Notes: generated by a model not told the origin, from the sequence alone. A DNA stretch of 64,000 nucleotides from Alphaproteobacteria bacterium (GCA_964291285.2 OZ219787.1:256001-320000), one strand, 5' to 3'. Shown: positions 40,834 through 49,962, counted from the first letter of the stretch. Translations and numbers: made by a program.

Positions 40834-42165
40834 ATGCGGCAGGCCGGGAGCGCCTATTTCAACGCCGCGGTCGAGACGATGTCGGCCGACGAGACCGCCG
40901 CGATGCAGCAGGCGAAACTCGCCCGCCAGCTCGACTATCTGAAGGCGAAATCGCCCTTCCATGCCGCGAAGCTCGCCGAGGCGGGGGCCGAACCCGGCGA
41001 CATCCGCTCGCTTGCAGACCTCGCCCGGCTGCCGTTCACCGACAAGACCGAGCTCAGGGAGAGCCAGAGGCGCGACCCGCCGCTCGGCAGCCATGCCGCC
41101 GCGCCGATGGAAAATGTGGTGCGCGTGCATGCCTCCTCGGGCACCACCGGAACGCCTTCCTTCATCGGTCTGACCGCCTATGACGCAAGGCGCTGGGCCG
41201 AGTGCATCGCGCGCAGCTACTGGGCGCAGGGGCTTCGTCCGGGGAGCGTCTTCGCGATGGGGCTCAGCATCGGTTTCTTCGTCGGCGGCCTGCCGGTCGC
41301 CGCGGCGGTGGAGGCCGTCGGCGCAACCCTGCTCCCCATCGGCACGGGCGCATCCGACCGGCTCATCGCATCCATCCGGTCGATGAAGGCGGACGTGCTC
41401 GCGACGACGCCCTCCTACGCCCTTTACCTCGCCGAGCTTGCGCGGGAGGAAATGGGCGTCGATCCGGCAGCGCTCGGTGTAAAGCGGGTCATGGTCGGCG
41501 CCGAGCCCGGCGGCGGCGTTCCCGGGATAAGGGCGCAGATCGAGGAAAGGTGGGGCGCGCGCTGCACGGAAGCCGTCGGCATTGCCGACCTCATCACCAT
41601 CCACAGCGCCGAGTGCGAGGCGCGGGACGGCTGCCATTTCATGGTGCCGGACTATCTCGTCATGGAGATCGTCGATCCGGAGACAGGCGCCATCATCCCG
41701 CCGGACAGGCCCGAAATCGAGGGCGAGCTGGTCTTCACCCATATCGACCGCGAGTGCAATCCGATGCTGCGCTTCCGCACCCGCGACCGTGTCATCGTGA
41801 AGACCGGGCCCTGCGGTTGCGGGCGCACCGGGCCGCGGCTGCGCTGCATCGGGCGCACGGACGACATGCTGATCCTTCGCGGCGTCAATGTCTGGCCGTC
41901 GGCGGTCCGGGACGTGGTCGCCGGGTTCCGCCCGGAGGCGACCGGCGAAATGCTGATCCGGGTGGAAGGCGAGGGGCCGAAGGTCGATCCGCCGCTCCGG
42001 GTCCGGGTCGAGGCGGGCAGCGCGGCCGGCGCGGGCCTTGCGGCGCGGATCGAGCAGGCGATTCGCGCAAAGCTCATCGTCCAGGCCAGGGTCGAACTCG
42101 TTCCGCGCGGCGTGCTGCCGCGCACCGAGATGAAAGCGAAGCTCGTGGAGCGCAACATTTCCTGA
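40834..42165 (+). CDS. phenylacetate-CoA ligase family protein
   Basis: LPFTDKTEL, HASSGTTG, GAEP, PMLRFRTRD, GRTDDMLILRGVNVWP. Confidence 0.9.
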   Translation: MRQAGSAYFNAAVETMSADETAAMQQAKLARQLDYLKAKSPFHAAKLAEAGAEPGDIRSLADLARLPFTDKTELRESQRRDPPLGSHAAAPMENVVRVHASSGTTGTPSFIGLTAYDARRWAECIARSYWAQGLRPGSVFAMGLSIGFFVGGLPVAAAVEAVGATLLPIGTGASDRLIASIRSMKADVLATTPSYALYLAELAREEMGVDPAALGVKRVMVGAEPGGGVPGIRAQIEERWGARCTEAVGIADLITIHSAECEARDGCHFMVPDYLVMEIVDPETGAIIPPDRPEIEGELVFTHIDRECNPMLRFRTRDRVIVKTGPCGCGRTGPRLRCIGRTDDMLILRGVNVWPSAVRDVVAGFRPEATGEMLIRVEGEGPKVDPPLRVRVEAGSAAGAGLAARIEQAIRAKLIVQARVELVPRGVLPRTEMKAKLVERNIS

Positions 42166-42174
42166 GGTGCGGCG

Positions 42175-43371
42175 ATGCGATTCGAGAAGGTCCATATCCC
42201 TTACGGCGGCTACTGGAGCACGCCCTTCTGCCGCTGGCAGGGCAGCCTGAGCGGTGAACACCCGATACGGCTTGCCGCCTCCTGCGCCGGCACGTTCCTC
42301 GAAGGGGCCGGATGCGAACCGGAGAGTCTGGACGGCGTCCATTTCGGCATGACGGTGCCGCAGCACAAGAGCTTCTGGGGCGCGCCCTGGATCGGCGCGC
42401 TGATCGGCGCGGAGCGGGTGACGGGACCGACCCTGTCGCAGGCCTGCGCCACCTCCGCGCGCGTCATCGCCTCGGCTGCCTCCGCCGTGGAGCTCGGCGG
42501 CGGCGGGCGGATGCTGGCGCTTGCCGCGGACCGCGTCAGCAACGGGCCCACGCTCTACTATCCCGATCCCTCCGGGCCCGGGGGCCGCGGCGTCACCGAG
42601 CACTGGGTGTGGGACAATTTCAATGAGGACCCGCATGCCGATGTCGCCATGATCCAGACTGCCGAGAATATTGCGGCACGGTTCGGATATTCGCGCCGGG
42701 CGCAGGACGACCTGGCGCTCCGCCGGCAGGAGCAATACGGGATGGCGCTTGCCGACGACCGCGCGTTCCAGCGCCGCTACATGGTCGATGTCCCGGTCGG
42801 CGGGACGCGCCGGGCGAAGACCGTCTCCGGCGACGAGGGCATACGCGCGCGCACCGAAGAGCGGGTGCAGGCGCTCGCGCCGGTCATCGGGAACGGAACC
42901 GTTACCGCCGCCGCGCAGACCCATCCGGCCGACGGCAATGCCGGCCTGCTGCTGACCACGGCCGGGCAGGCCGAGGAGCTTGGCCGCGACGATGCCGTTT
43001 CGGTGCGGCTCCTCTCCTTTGGCGAGGGGCGCGCGGAGAAAGCCTATATGGGCATGGCGCCCGTGGCGGCGGCCGAAACGGCGCTTGCCGACGCCGGGCT
43101 CGGGATCGACCGGATCGCCGCGGTCAAGACGCACAACCCCTTCGCGGTGAACGACCTCTATTTCGCCGAGGCGACGGGGTTCGACGCCGGGCTGATGAAT
43201 AACTACGGCTCCTCCCTCGTCTTCGGCCATCCGCAGGGACCGACGGGGATGCGCCTCGTTCTGGAGCTGATCGAGGAACTGGCGCTCAGGGGCGGCGGAT
43301 ACGGCCTCTTCACCGGCTGCGCGGCAGGCGACAGCGCGGCGGCCCTCGTGCTGAAAGTGGACGTTCGCTGA
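42175..43371 (+). CDS. thiolase-family protein
   Basis: SQACATS, ADG.AG, NNYGSSLVFGHP.G.TG, CAAG. Confidence 0.88.
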   Translation: MRFEKVHIPYGGYWSTPFCRWQGSLSGEHPIRLAASCAGTFLEGAGCEPESLDGVHFGMTVPQHKSFWGAPWIGALIGAERVTGPTLSQACATSARVIASAASAVELGGGGRMLALAADRVSNGPTLYYPDPSGPGGRGVTEHWVWDNFNEDPHADVAMIQTAENIAARFGYSRRAQDDLALRRQEQYGMALADDRAFQRRYMVDVPVGGTRRAKTVSGDEGIRARTEERVQALAPVIGNGTVTAAAQTHPADGNAGLLLTTAGQAEELGRDDAVSVRLLSFGEGRAEKAYMGMAPVAAAETALADAGLGIDRIAAVKTHNPFAVNDLYFAEATGFDAGLMNNYGSSLVFGHPQGPTGMRLVLELIEELALRGGGYGLFTGCAAGDSAAALVLKVDVR

Positions 43372-43453
43372 CGGGCGCAGAGGGGCGGATTGTCGCAACT
43401 TCCGCAGGCTGTTACGGTCCCTCCCTCCGAAACAGCCTGCGGGACGGCGCGCC

Positions 43454-45175
43454 ATGTCACTTGACCTCCTTATTCGTAACGGCACGGTGGTGGACGGGTC
43501 CGGCATGCCCCGCTACCGGGCCGATGTCGGCGTCAAAGACGGGCGGATCGCCGGGATCGGCCGCATAAGCAGCCCCGCCGGCGAAGTGATCGACGCCGAG
43601 GGCATGGTCGTCGCGCCCGGCTTCATCGACGGCCACACCCACATGGACGCGCAGGTGGCCTGGGACCCGCTCGGCAGCTGCTCCTGCTGGCACGGCGTGA
43701 CCACGGCGGTGATGGGCAATTGCGGCTTCGCGCTGGCACCCTGCAAGCCCGAGGCGCGGGAGTGGTACGCCGAGTGCCTGGAGGCGGTCGAGGACATCCC
43801 CAAGGAGGCGATGACCGCCGGGATCGACTGGCGCTGGGAGACTTTCCCGGACTATATGGACGCCGTCGACTCGTTCCCCAAGGCCATCAACTACGCCGCC
43901 TATATCGGCCACTCGGCGCTGCGCATGTATGCGATGGGCGACCGCGCGCTCGACCGGGAGGCGGACGAGGACGACCTGAAGCTCATGGCGCACCTCGTTC
44001 AGGAGGCGCTCCGCGTCGGCGCGATGGGCTTCTCCTCGTCCAGGGCCAACACCCATATCCGCCCGGACGGCGGGCCGGTCGCAAGCCGCATCGCGGCCTG
44101 GTCGGAGATCGCGCATCTGGTGAACGCGATGGGCGAACTGAACGCCGGCATCTTCCAGGTCGGGCCCGACGTCTCCGGCGGCGCGGCGCAGAAGGCGTGC
44201 TACGAGGAGCTCGCCCGGATCGCCGTCTCCAGCCGCCGCCCGCTCATGCTGGGCGCGTTCTCGTCCAGCCAGGGCGACAACCCCAACCCCTACACCTACC
44301 AGTTCGAGTGGATGGACCGGGTCGCGGCCCAGGGCGGGCGCGTTTTCGGGCAGGCCACCACGCGGACGATCAACGCGCTCTTCTCGATGAAGTCCTACCT
44401 GCCCTTCGACGCGCTGCCGGTCTGGAGCGAGATCCGCAGCCTGCCGGTCGAGGAGCAGAAGGCCCGCTTCCGCGACCCGGAGGTGCGCGCCGGCCTGGTT
44501 GCCGCCGAAGCCGGGATGAAGCCCAAGGGCACCGAGTTCCAGGGCGGCGGCGCGGCCACCACGGACCCGCGCAAGCCGGACTACGCCAACCTGTTCCCGA
44601 TGTTCGACGTGAAGTGGGACGACCCCAGCGTCGCGGACCTGGCCGAGGGCTCCGGGCGCAACCCCGTCGAGGTCATGCTCGACCTGATGGCGGAGAACGA
44701 GGACCTGATGTTCGTCCAGCCGCTGGTCAACGAGAAGCCGCTGGAAGTGCGCGAGATGCTGAAGAACCCGCGCACGCTCGCGACCTTCTCCGACTCCGGC
44801 GCCCATGTCTGCCAGGAGATGGGCTCGTCGCTCCAGACGCACCTCTTGAGCTACTGGGTGCGCGAGAAGCAGGCCTTCACCCTGGAGGAGGCGGTGCGGA
44901 TGCTCACCTTCGAGAACGCCGCCGCCTGGGACATGCGCGACCGGGGCCTGCTGCGCACCGGCATGGCCGCCGACATCGTCGTCTTCGACGAGGACGGCAT
45001 AAACCCCTGCCTGCCGACGGTCGAGACCGACCTGCCCGGCGGGGCGCGCCGCCTGGTGCAGAAGGCCGACGGCATCGCGGCCACGGTGGTGGGCGGCGCG
45101 GTCACGCTCCGCAACGGCGAGCCCACGGGCGCGCACTCGGGAACGCTGATCCGGGGCGGAGCCGCCGGCGGCTGA
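43454..45175 (+). CDS. N-acyl-D-amino-acid deacylase family amidohydrolase
   Basis: VAPGFIDGHTHMDAQ, HGVTT.VMGNCG, SDSGAH, RGLL..GMAADIVVFD. Confidence 0.9.
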   Translation: MSLDLLIRNGTVVDGSGMPRYRADVGVKDGRIAGIGRISSPAGEVIDAEGMVVAPGFIDGHTHMDAQVAWDPLGSCSCWHGVTTAVMGNCGFALAPCKPEAREWYAECLEAVEDIPKEAMTAGIDWRWETFPDYMDAVDSFPKAINYAAYIGHSALRMYAMGDRALDREADEDDLKLMAHLVQEALRVGAMGFSSSRANTHIRPDGGPVASRIAAWSEIAHLVNAMGELNAGIFQVGPDVSGGAAQKACYEELARIAVSSRRPLMLGAFSSSQGDNPNPYTYQFEWMDRVAAQGGRVFGQATTRTINALFSMKSYLPFDALPVWSEIRSLPVEEQKARFRDPEVRAGLVAAEAGMKPKGTEFQGGGAATTDPRKPDYANLFPMFDVKWDDPSVADLAEGSGRNPVEVMLDLMAENEDLMFVQPLVNEKPLEVREMLKNPRTLATFSDSGAHVCQEMGSSLQTHLLSYWVREKQAFTLEEAVRMLTFENAAAWDMRDRGLLRTGMAADIVVFDEDGINPCLPTVETDLPGGARRLVQKADGIAATVVGGAVTLRNGEPTGAHSGTLIRGGAAGG

Positions 45176-45256
45176 CTCCGGACCGGCCGGCGGGCCGGAA
45201 CCGGCGCGGGCCGTTGTTGCGCCCGGTCCGCGCCGCTGCGCCGGCCCCCGCTCGAC

Positions 45257-45296
45257 CCTCATCCTGAGTAGGCGCGCCAGCGCCGTATCGAAGGAC
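45257..45296 (+). repeat. REP-like repeat CCTCATCCTGAG-hairpin-TCGAAGGAC
   Basis: CCTCATCCTGAGTAGGCGCGCCAGCGCCGTATCGAAGGAC; related inverted copy at 49746-49791. Confidence 0.7.
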
Positions 45297-45601
45297 GGGA
45301 GCGGAACCGCCCGGATGGGGGAGCGCCGCATCGTCTCCCGCCCTCTCGTCCCGCGCGCTTGTGGATATCTTTCTTCCCGGGGGTTGCAATTCGGGAAAAT
45401 AAGCCCTAATTACCCGCCAATACAGGCATAGAACAGGAACGATGACCTGGTGAAACGGGCCGCATTGCGGCCACGCGACGGGATTTGGGCGGCTGAAAGC
45501 GCCGGGGGCGGCAGAGGGGGAAGCTGCGCGCGCCGGCCGGGCGGGGCGCGCAATGTTTCAATAAACCGGATAGCGAGGCCGGGCGCGGCCGGGGAGGGTG
45601 T

Positions 45602-46015
45602 ATGACGGATATGTTGACAGAGCGCAGACCGGGCAAGTCCGTCGGCGAGGAGCTCAGGCGCCGGGCCGTCGCGGCGGTGCTGGAGAAGGGGATGACCGGC
45701 CGGGCCGCGGCCCTGCTTTTCGAGGTGAGCGAACCCAGCATCTGGCGGTGGATAAAGCGCTATCGGGAGCGCGGCCACCTGCGCGACGCCCCGAAGAGCG
45801 GCCGCCCGTCGCGGACCGAGCCGGAGCGGGAGCGGATTTTCCGCCTTCTGGAGGAGCAGCCGGACCTTTCCGTCCGCGGGCTGCAGCGGGCGCTTGCCGC
45901 CGAGGGCCTGGTCTTCGATCCGGCCACGCTGCACCACTTCCTGAAACGCCACGGCCTCCAGCGCGGCCGCCGCCTCGCATGGCGCCGCAAGCCGGTGCCG
46001 AAGGCCGGCGCCTAG
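45602..46015 (+). CDS. orphan IS630-type transposase N-terminal HTH protein (no DDE domain)
   Basis: ELRRRAVAAV..GMTGRAAALLFEVSEPSIWRWIKRYRERG....KSGRP...PDLSVRGL....ATLHHFLKRHGL; ends before any catalytic domain. Confidence 0.75.
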   Translation: MTDMLTERRPGKSVGEELRRRAVAAVLEKGMTGRAAALLFEVSEPSIWRWIKRYRERGHLRDAPKSGRPSRTEPERERIFRLLEEQPDLSVRGLQRALAAEGLVFDPATLHHFLKRHGLQRGRRLAWRRKPVPKAGA

Positions 46016-46029
46016 CGCACGGCCGTAGA

Positions 46030-46072
46030 CGATTCCAGGCTAATTAAAAATCGGATTTTGAATTAGCCTGAA
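46030..46072. repeat. 43-bp AT-rich palindrome, copy 1
   Basis: CGATTCCAGGCTAATTAAAAATCGGATTTTGAATTAGCCTGAA; arms CAGGCTAATT / AATTAGCCTG. Confidence 0.9.
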
Positions 46073-46175
46073 TTTCGGCGGCGGGGTCGCCGTATGGCGG
46101 CGGCCCGGACTACCCCGTCTCCGGCGGCGCGGACTACGGCGAACTCAGACGGCTTCGCACATCTGATGGCGAACG

Positions 46176-46514
46176 TCACACGCGATTCTTGTCGCCTTGA
46201 ATCTGGACCACGGTGGCATTGTCGCCGGTCACGTCCGCAGTTTGTGGTGCGTGCCTGGCGCTGGCAGCGCCGAGGAGGTCGCGGAGTTCGTCGGCGAGGT
46301 TCGGAGACGCCTCCAACTCCCGCCGCAGGAGGCGCACCAGTGCGTTCCGTGCCTCACCATCGCCAGGATCGGCGGCGAGATGTTCGGCGGTATCGGCCGT
46401 CTTCGAGCCGACACGCCGCCGCATCCATTCCATGATCGGCCCGGCTGCTGCCTTGACCGTCTCAGTTACGAACACGGCAACCGCCTGCACAGCTAAATCT
46501 TCCATATCGTTCAT
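46176..46514 (-). CDS. 112-aa Bell-like helical protein with a C-terminal amyloid-like motif
   Basis: RBS AAGGAG and ATGA overlap with the NLR stop; helical body followed by the tail QTADVTGDNATVVQIQGDKNRV. Confidence 0.75.
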   Translation of the reverse strand: MNDMEDLAVQAVAVFVTETVKAAAGPIMEWMRRRVGSKTADTAEHLAADPGDGEARNALVRLLRRELEASPNLADELRDLLGAASARHAPQTADVTGDNATVVQIQGDKNRV

Positions 46515-49240
46515 CCGTTCGCTTCTCCTTCCTCGCACGCAAGGCACTGAAATGCCTCTTCCACCAATGCCAGTAAAGCCGCATCGGGTTCTTGACCGAC
46601 CTCTTCGTAGCGTTTGCGGTAGTCGTGGATCATCCACTCCATTTCCTGCGCAAAACCTGCCGGCCGCCCAAGGAATGTTTGTTTCAGCAACTTCACGGCT
46701 TCCTCGACGGTAGGGAGTACACCTTCCCGCCGACCGTCCTTCAACAGAAGGCGTGACAAATTGCTGAGAGATTTGGCCAAGTCAGGCAGGAAGATGTGGG
46801 GCGACACGGTGGCCAAACCGTGCCGAACTATTACCGCCTCCCTGGCAGTGGCGAGCGCGTCCTCGTGACGCCCAGCTTTCGAAAGATAAGTGAACAAGTT
46901 GTTAAGCGATGCGGCCAAGTAAGGCAGGAAGGCATCGGGGCGGGTTTCTGCCAAGAAACGATAGACCGTCACCGCCTCTTCCACGGCAGCAAGAGCCTCC
47001 TCCAAATGCCCAACTTCCGACAGACAAACGGACTGGTTGCTGAGGGACGTGGCCAAGTAAGGCAGGAAAGAATCGGAACGAGTTGCCGCCAAGTCGCGAT
47101 AGATCATCACTGCCTCTTTCACGGTGGCAAGAGCCTCCTCCGAACGCCCGACTTTCCACAGACAAGCGGACAGATTGTTCAGCGACTCGGCCAAGTCAGG
47201 CAGGAAGGCATCAGGACGGGTGGCCACCAAGCCGCGATAGATCTTCACTGCCTCTTCGGCGGTAGCGAGCGCATCCTGCTGACGCTCGACCGCCAACAGG
47301 CGGTTTGACAAGTTGCTGAGAGACTTGGCCAAGTCTGGCAGGAAGGTATCGGATCTGGTTGCCGCCAAGCCGCGATAGATCGTCAGTGCCTCTTCGTTCC
47401 CGGAGAGTGCGTCCTCATGCCGAAGCATCTTTGACAAGCAGATCGACAGGTTGTTGAGGGACATGGCCAAGCCGGGTCGAAAGGTTTCAGGATAAGCGGC
47501 CGCCAAGTCGCGATAGACCGTCGTCGCCTCTTCAGCAGTCGCCAGCGCGTCCTCCCGCCGCCCGACCTTCGATAAACAGGCGGACAGGTTGTTGAGCGTT
47601 CCAGCTAAACTAGGCAGGAAGGCATCGGGACGGGCGACCTCCAAGTCGCGATAGATCTTCACTGCCTCTTCAGCAACGGCGAGTGCGTCCCCGCGTCTCT
47701 CAACGTCCGATAGGCGGTTTGACATGTGATTGAGCGAGACCGCCAATAGCGCCAAGTGATTCTCCTCTCGCGTCTCATGCACGAGTGGTTCAATCAGTTC
47801 GGCTACGGCGTGTGCTATCTCCACCGCGATTTCGCGTAATTCCACCGTGTGCCGCGGCATCGCAGCGCTCAACTCAATCAGTGTGGAGAGATCGGTTCGG
47901 GCATCGAAAATCCGCTTAAGCCAGTCCATCGGTTGGCGATGGCCGTGGATGGCATAGTCTTGGCAGGTGCGGATGACGGTCTCCATCGTTGCGACCGGTT
48001 CGGCCTCGTGGGCGCGAACGATGGCGGGCAGAGCGTCGGTTTTTCCTTCCCAGACCGAGAGCAACACGGCCTCGCCGATCATGTCCGGCTCGACCGGCGC
48101 CACGCCGCCGCCGTCGGGCAAGGCGGTGGCGATTACGTCGCGCAACGCCGCCGGTCCGGCGGGGAGGGCGTAGCCAAGTTTGACCGCTTCTTCCTCAAGG
48201 ACAAGGCGCGCTGCCTCCCTCGTCAGCCCTTGACGCAGTGTCGCGACGGCGACCACGTGATCGATCAACGGGCCTAGCCCTTCGGTCACGCCGTGGCCGG
48301 CCACGACCTTGCGGATACGCGACAGCTCGGTTTCGGCGATGTTCAGCGCCAGTGTGTCGGTCCCCAAGGCGAGCACATGACCGAAGTCGGTCCGCGCTGC
48401 CGTGACGGCGGCCATCATCAACAGGAGCGGCACGCCGCCCCAGGTCAACTCGGCAAGACGGCGGTCGAAATCCGCGTCCTCCGGTAGCGTCAGGTCGCTG
48501 CCAAGCCGCGCCAGGGTCCGCGTCAGAATCGCTCGCCGATGGCTTGGGTCGTCGAGGGGATGCAAGGCAACGGGCCGGAGCGGGTCGAGCATCTTCTCGA
48601 CCGTCACCGCGTCGTTGCCACGCCCGAACGCCTCAGCCCACCAGCCGTCGCCGTGTGTCGCATGGCGCTCGAGCAGGAGCAGGCGCAGCGGCCGATTACG
48701 CCCGGCATCGTCCTGGCTCCAGACCGGATGATCCGCCAATTCCTTCAACCAGGCGTTGAGGTCGCGTGCGCTGGCCGAGGCGTAGTCCACGACCGCCAGA
48801 ACCCGAGTACTCCAGTCCCAGGCCGCAAGATTCGTCTGTTCGCGAAAACGCGCCAACCCCTCGCGAGTCAGGAAGCCGGCCCGCCAGCCATCCGCCGCCA
48901 TTTCCTCGACCAGTTCCAGCGCCAACCGCGTCTTGCCGAGCCCGGCCCCGCCGGTCAGCACCCTCACGGAAACCGGCTCGCCGTTGTGCAGCCAGTCGCG
49001 CAGGTCGGACAATTCCGTTTCGCGGCCGATAAGGTCGATGGAACGGGCGAAGGGCCCGATCACCTCAATCTCGTTCGGCCTGCCGGTGTCAGGATCGTTG
49101 CCAATGCGGCGGGACAGTCCGGTGCGCCGTGTCAGTTCCAGATACGGCGTCCCGGCAATGACGGTGTTCCCGTCGCCTTGTATCTGGACGATGGTCGATC
49201 CACTGTCCGCTCTTGCCGTCTGACCCGTATTCCCGCTCAT
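46511..49240 (-). CDS. STAND/NLR-type NTPase with C-terminal TPR repeats and an N-terminal amyloid-like motif (909 aa)
   Basis: N-terminus QTARADSGSTIVQIQGDGNTV; LIGRETELSDLRDWL; Walker A TGGAGLGKT; Walker B LAVVDYA; LRLLLLER; GGVPLLL; eight TPR units. Confidence 0.88.
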   Translation of the reverse strand: MSGNTGQTARADSGSTIVQIQGDGNTVIAGTPYLELTRRTGLSRRIGNDPDTGRPNEIEVIGPFARSIDLIGRETELSDLRDWLHNGEPVSVRVLTGGAGLGKTRLALELVEEMAADGWRAGFLTREGLARFREQTNLAAWDWSTRVLAVVDYASASARDLNAWLKELADHPVWSQDDAGRNRPLRLLLLERHATHGDGWWAEAFGRGNDAVTVEKMLDPLRPVALHPLDDPSHRRAILTRTLARLGSDLTLPEDADFDRRLAELTWGGVPLLLMMAAVTAARTDFGHVLALGTDTLALNIAETELSRIRKVVAGHGVTEGLGPLIDHVVAVATLRQGLTREAARLVLEEEAVKLGYALPAGPAALRDVIATALPDGGGVAPVEPDMIGEAVLLSVWEGKTDALPAIVRAHEAEPVATMETVIRTCQDYAIHGHRQPMDWLKRIFDARTDLSTLIELSAAMPRHTVELREIAVEIAHAVAELIEPLVHETREENHLALLAVSLNHMSNRLSDVERRGDALAVAEEAVKIYRDLEVARPDAFLPSLAGTLNNLSACLSKVGRREDALATAEEATTVYRDLAAAYPETFRPGLAMSLNNLSICLSKMLRHEDALSGNEEALTIYRGLAATRSDTFLPDLAKSLSNLSNRLLAVERQQDALATAEEAVKIYRGLVATRPDAFLPDLAESLNNLSACLWKVGRSEEALATVKEAVMIYRDLAATRSDSFLPYLATSLSNQSVCLSEVGHLEEALAAVEEAVTVYRFLAETRPDAFLPYLAASLNNLFTYLSKAGRHEDALATAREAVIVRHGLATVSPHIFLPDLAKSLSNLSRLLLKDGRREGVLPTVEEAVKLLKQTFLGRPAGFAQEMEWMIHDYRKRYEEVGQEPDAALLALVEEAFQCLACEEGEANG
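46652..47755 (-). repeat. eight tandem 138-bp (46-aa) TPR repeats
   Basis: Consensus LPxLAxSLNNLSxxLSxVGRxEEALAxAEEAVxIYRxLAATRPDAF; span 1104 bp = 8 x 138. Confidence 0.9.
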
Positions 49241-49434
49241 CCGCAGATTATACGGCCCCAATAACAATTGTGCGGCAATCCGATGCCCCGGCTACGCATT
49301 CTCCCACCGGCGCATTTCCTCGACCAAGGCTGCATGGTAGCGGGTTTCGAGCGAGTCCGGGTCCTGCGCCAGAAGGCGTTCGAGTTCGGCCATCCTCGCC
49401 TCCCGGTCCTGCCGGATTTCGTCACGGTCCCGGC

Positions 49435-49477
49435 CGATTCCAGGCCAATTAAAAATCGGATTTTGAATTAGCCTGAA
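49435..49477. repeat. 43-bp AT-rich palindrome, copy 2 (direct repeat of 46030-46072)
   Basis: CGATTCCAGGCCAATTAAAAATCGGATTTTGAATTAGCCTGAA; 42/43 identical to copy 1. Confidence 0.9.
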
Positions 49478-49526
49478 ATTGGAAGGCGAACGGCAGCCCG
49501 CCCCAACCCCTCTCCGCCGCGCGCCG

Positions 49527-49718
49527 TCAGCGCGGTCTGCGTTGTACCCGCGCATGGCGTTCCGGCGCGCGGCCGGTCCGCTCCGTGCGGCCGGGCGCGG
49601 CAGGTTCGGCCTCCCGCCAGAAATCCGCGTCCAGTTCCGGTATGTCGTCGAAGTCGATCTCCGCATCCTCGACGGAGGTGATCTCAGCCGGCGTCAGGGG
49701 TTTCCCGTATCCGCTCAC
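49527..49718 (-). pseudogene. BrnA-family antitoxin remnant
   Basis: DAEIDFDDIPELDADFWREAE...PGRTE resembles a BrnA N-terminus; the DNA-binding C-terminal part appears deleted or degenerate; no brnT seen. Confidence 0.6.
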
Positions 49719-49745
49719 GATATGCCTGCCTTTCCCTGCGGGGCG

Positions 49746-49791
49746 GTCCTTCGATACACGCCCGCTGGCGCGGGCGCTACTCAGGATGAGG
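49746..49791 (-). repeat. REP-like repeat, inverted relative to 45257-45296
   Basis: Reverse complement reads CCTCATCCTGAGTAGCGCCCGCGCCAGCGGGCGTGTATCGAAGGAC. Confidence 0.7.
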
Positions 49792-49809
49792 AATGGGGCG
49801 GCCCCTTTC

Positions 49810-49962
49810 GTCACCCCGGCCCCCGAGCCGGGGTCCAGCCTCGGTTCTCGCGGTAGCCCCGGATCGGGGTCCGGGGCAGGCCTCGGCGGTCGGTCCCGTT
49901 CTCCACCGGCTGCGGCGGCATCGGGAGTTCGGGATGGACCCCGGCTCGGGCGCCGGGGTGAC
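49810..49962. repeat. inverted REP-like doublet (GTCACCCCGG...CCGGGGTCCA / TGGACCCCGG...CCGGGGTGAC)
   Basis: Arms at 49810-49837 and 49935-49962. Confidence 0.8.

Noticed and set aside
40678-43506. N-terminal part of the 1098-aa ORF 40210-43506
   Set aside because: Only the last 155 aa (DUF192) look real; the rest is antisense to the CoA ligase and thiolase.
45360-45600. Possible ncRNA upstream of the HTH gene
   Set aside because: There are AT-richer patches and GC hairpins, but I recognise no RNA family; a covariance-model search would be needed.
46030-49477. 43-bp repeats as CRISPR repeats or integron attC sites
   Set aside because: Only two copies 3.4 kb apart; no attC core sites and no integrase seen.
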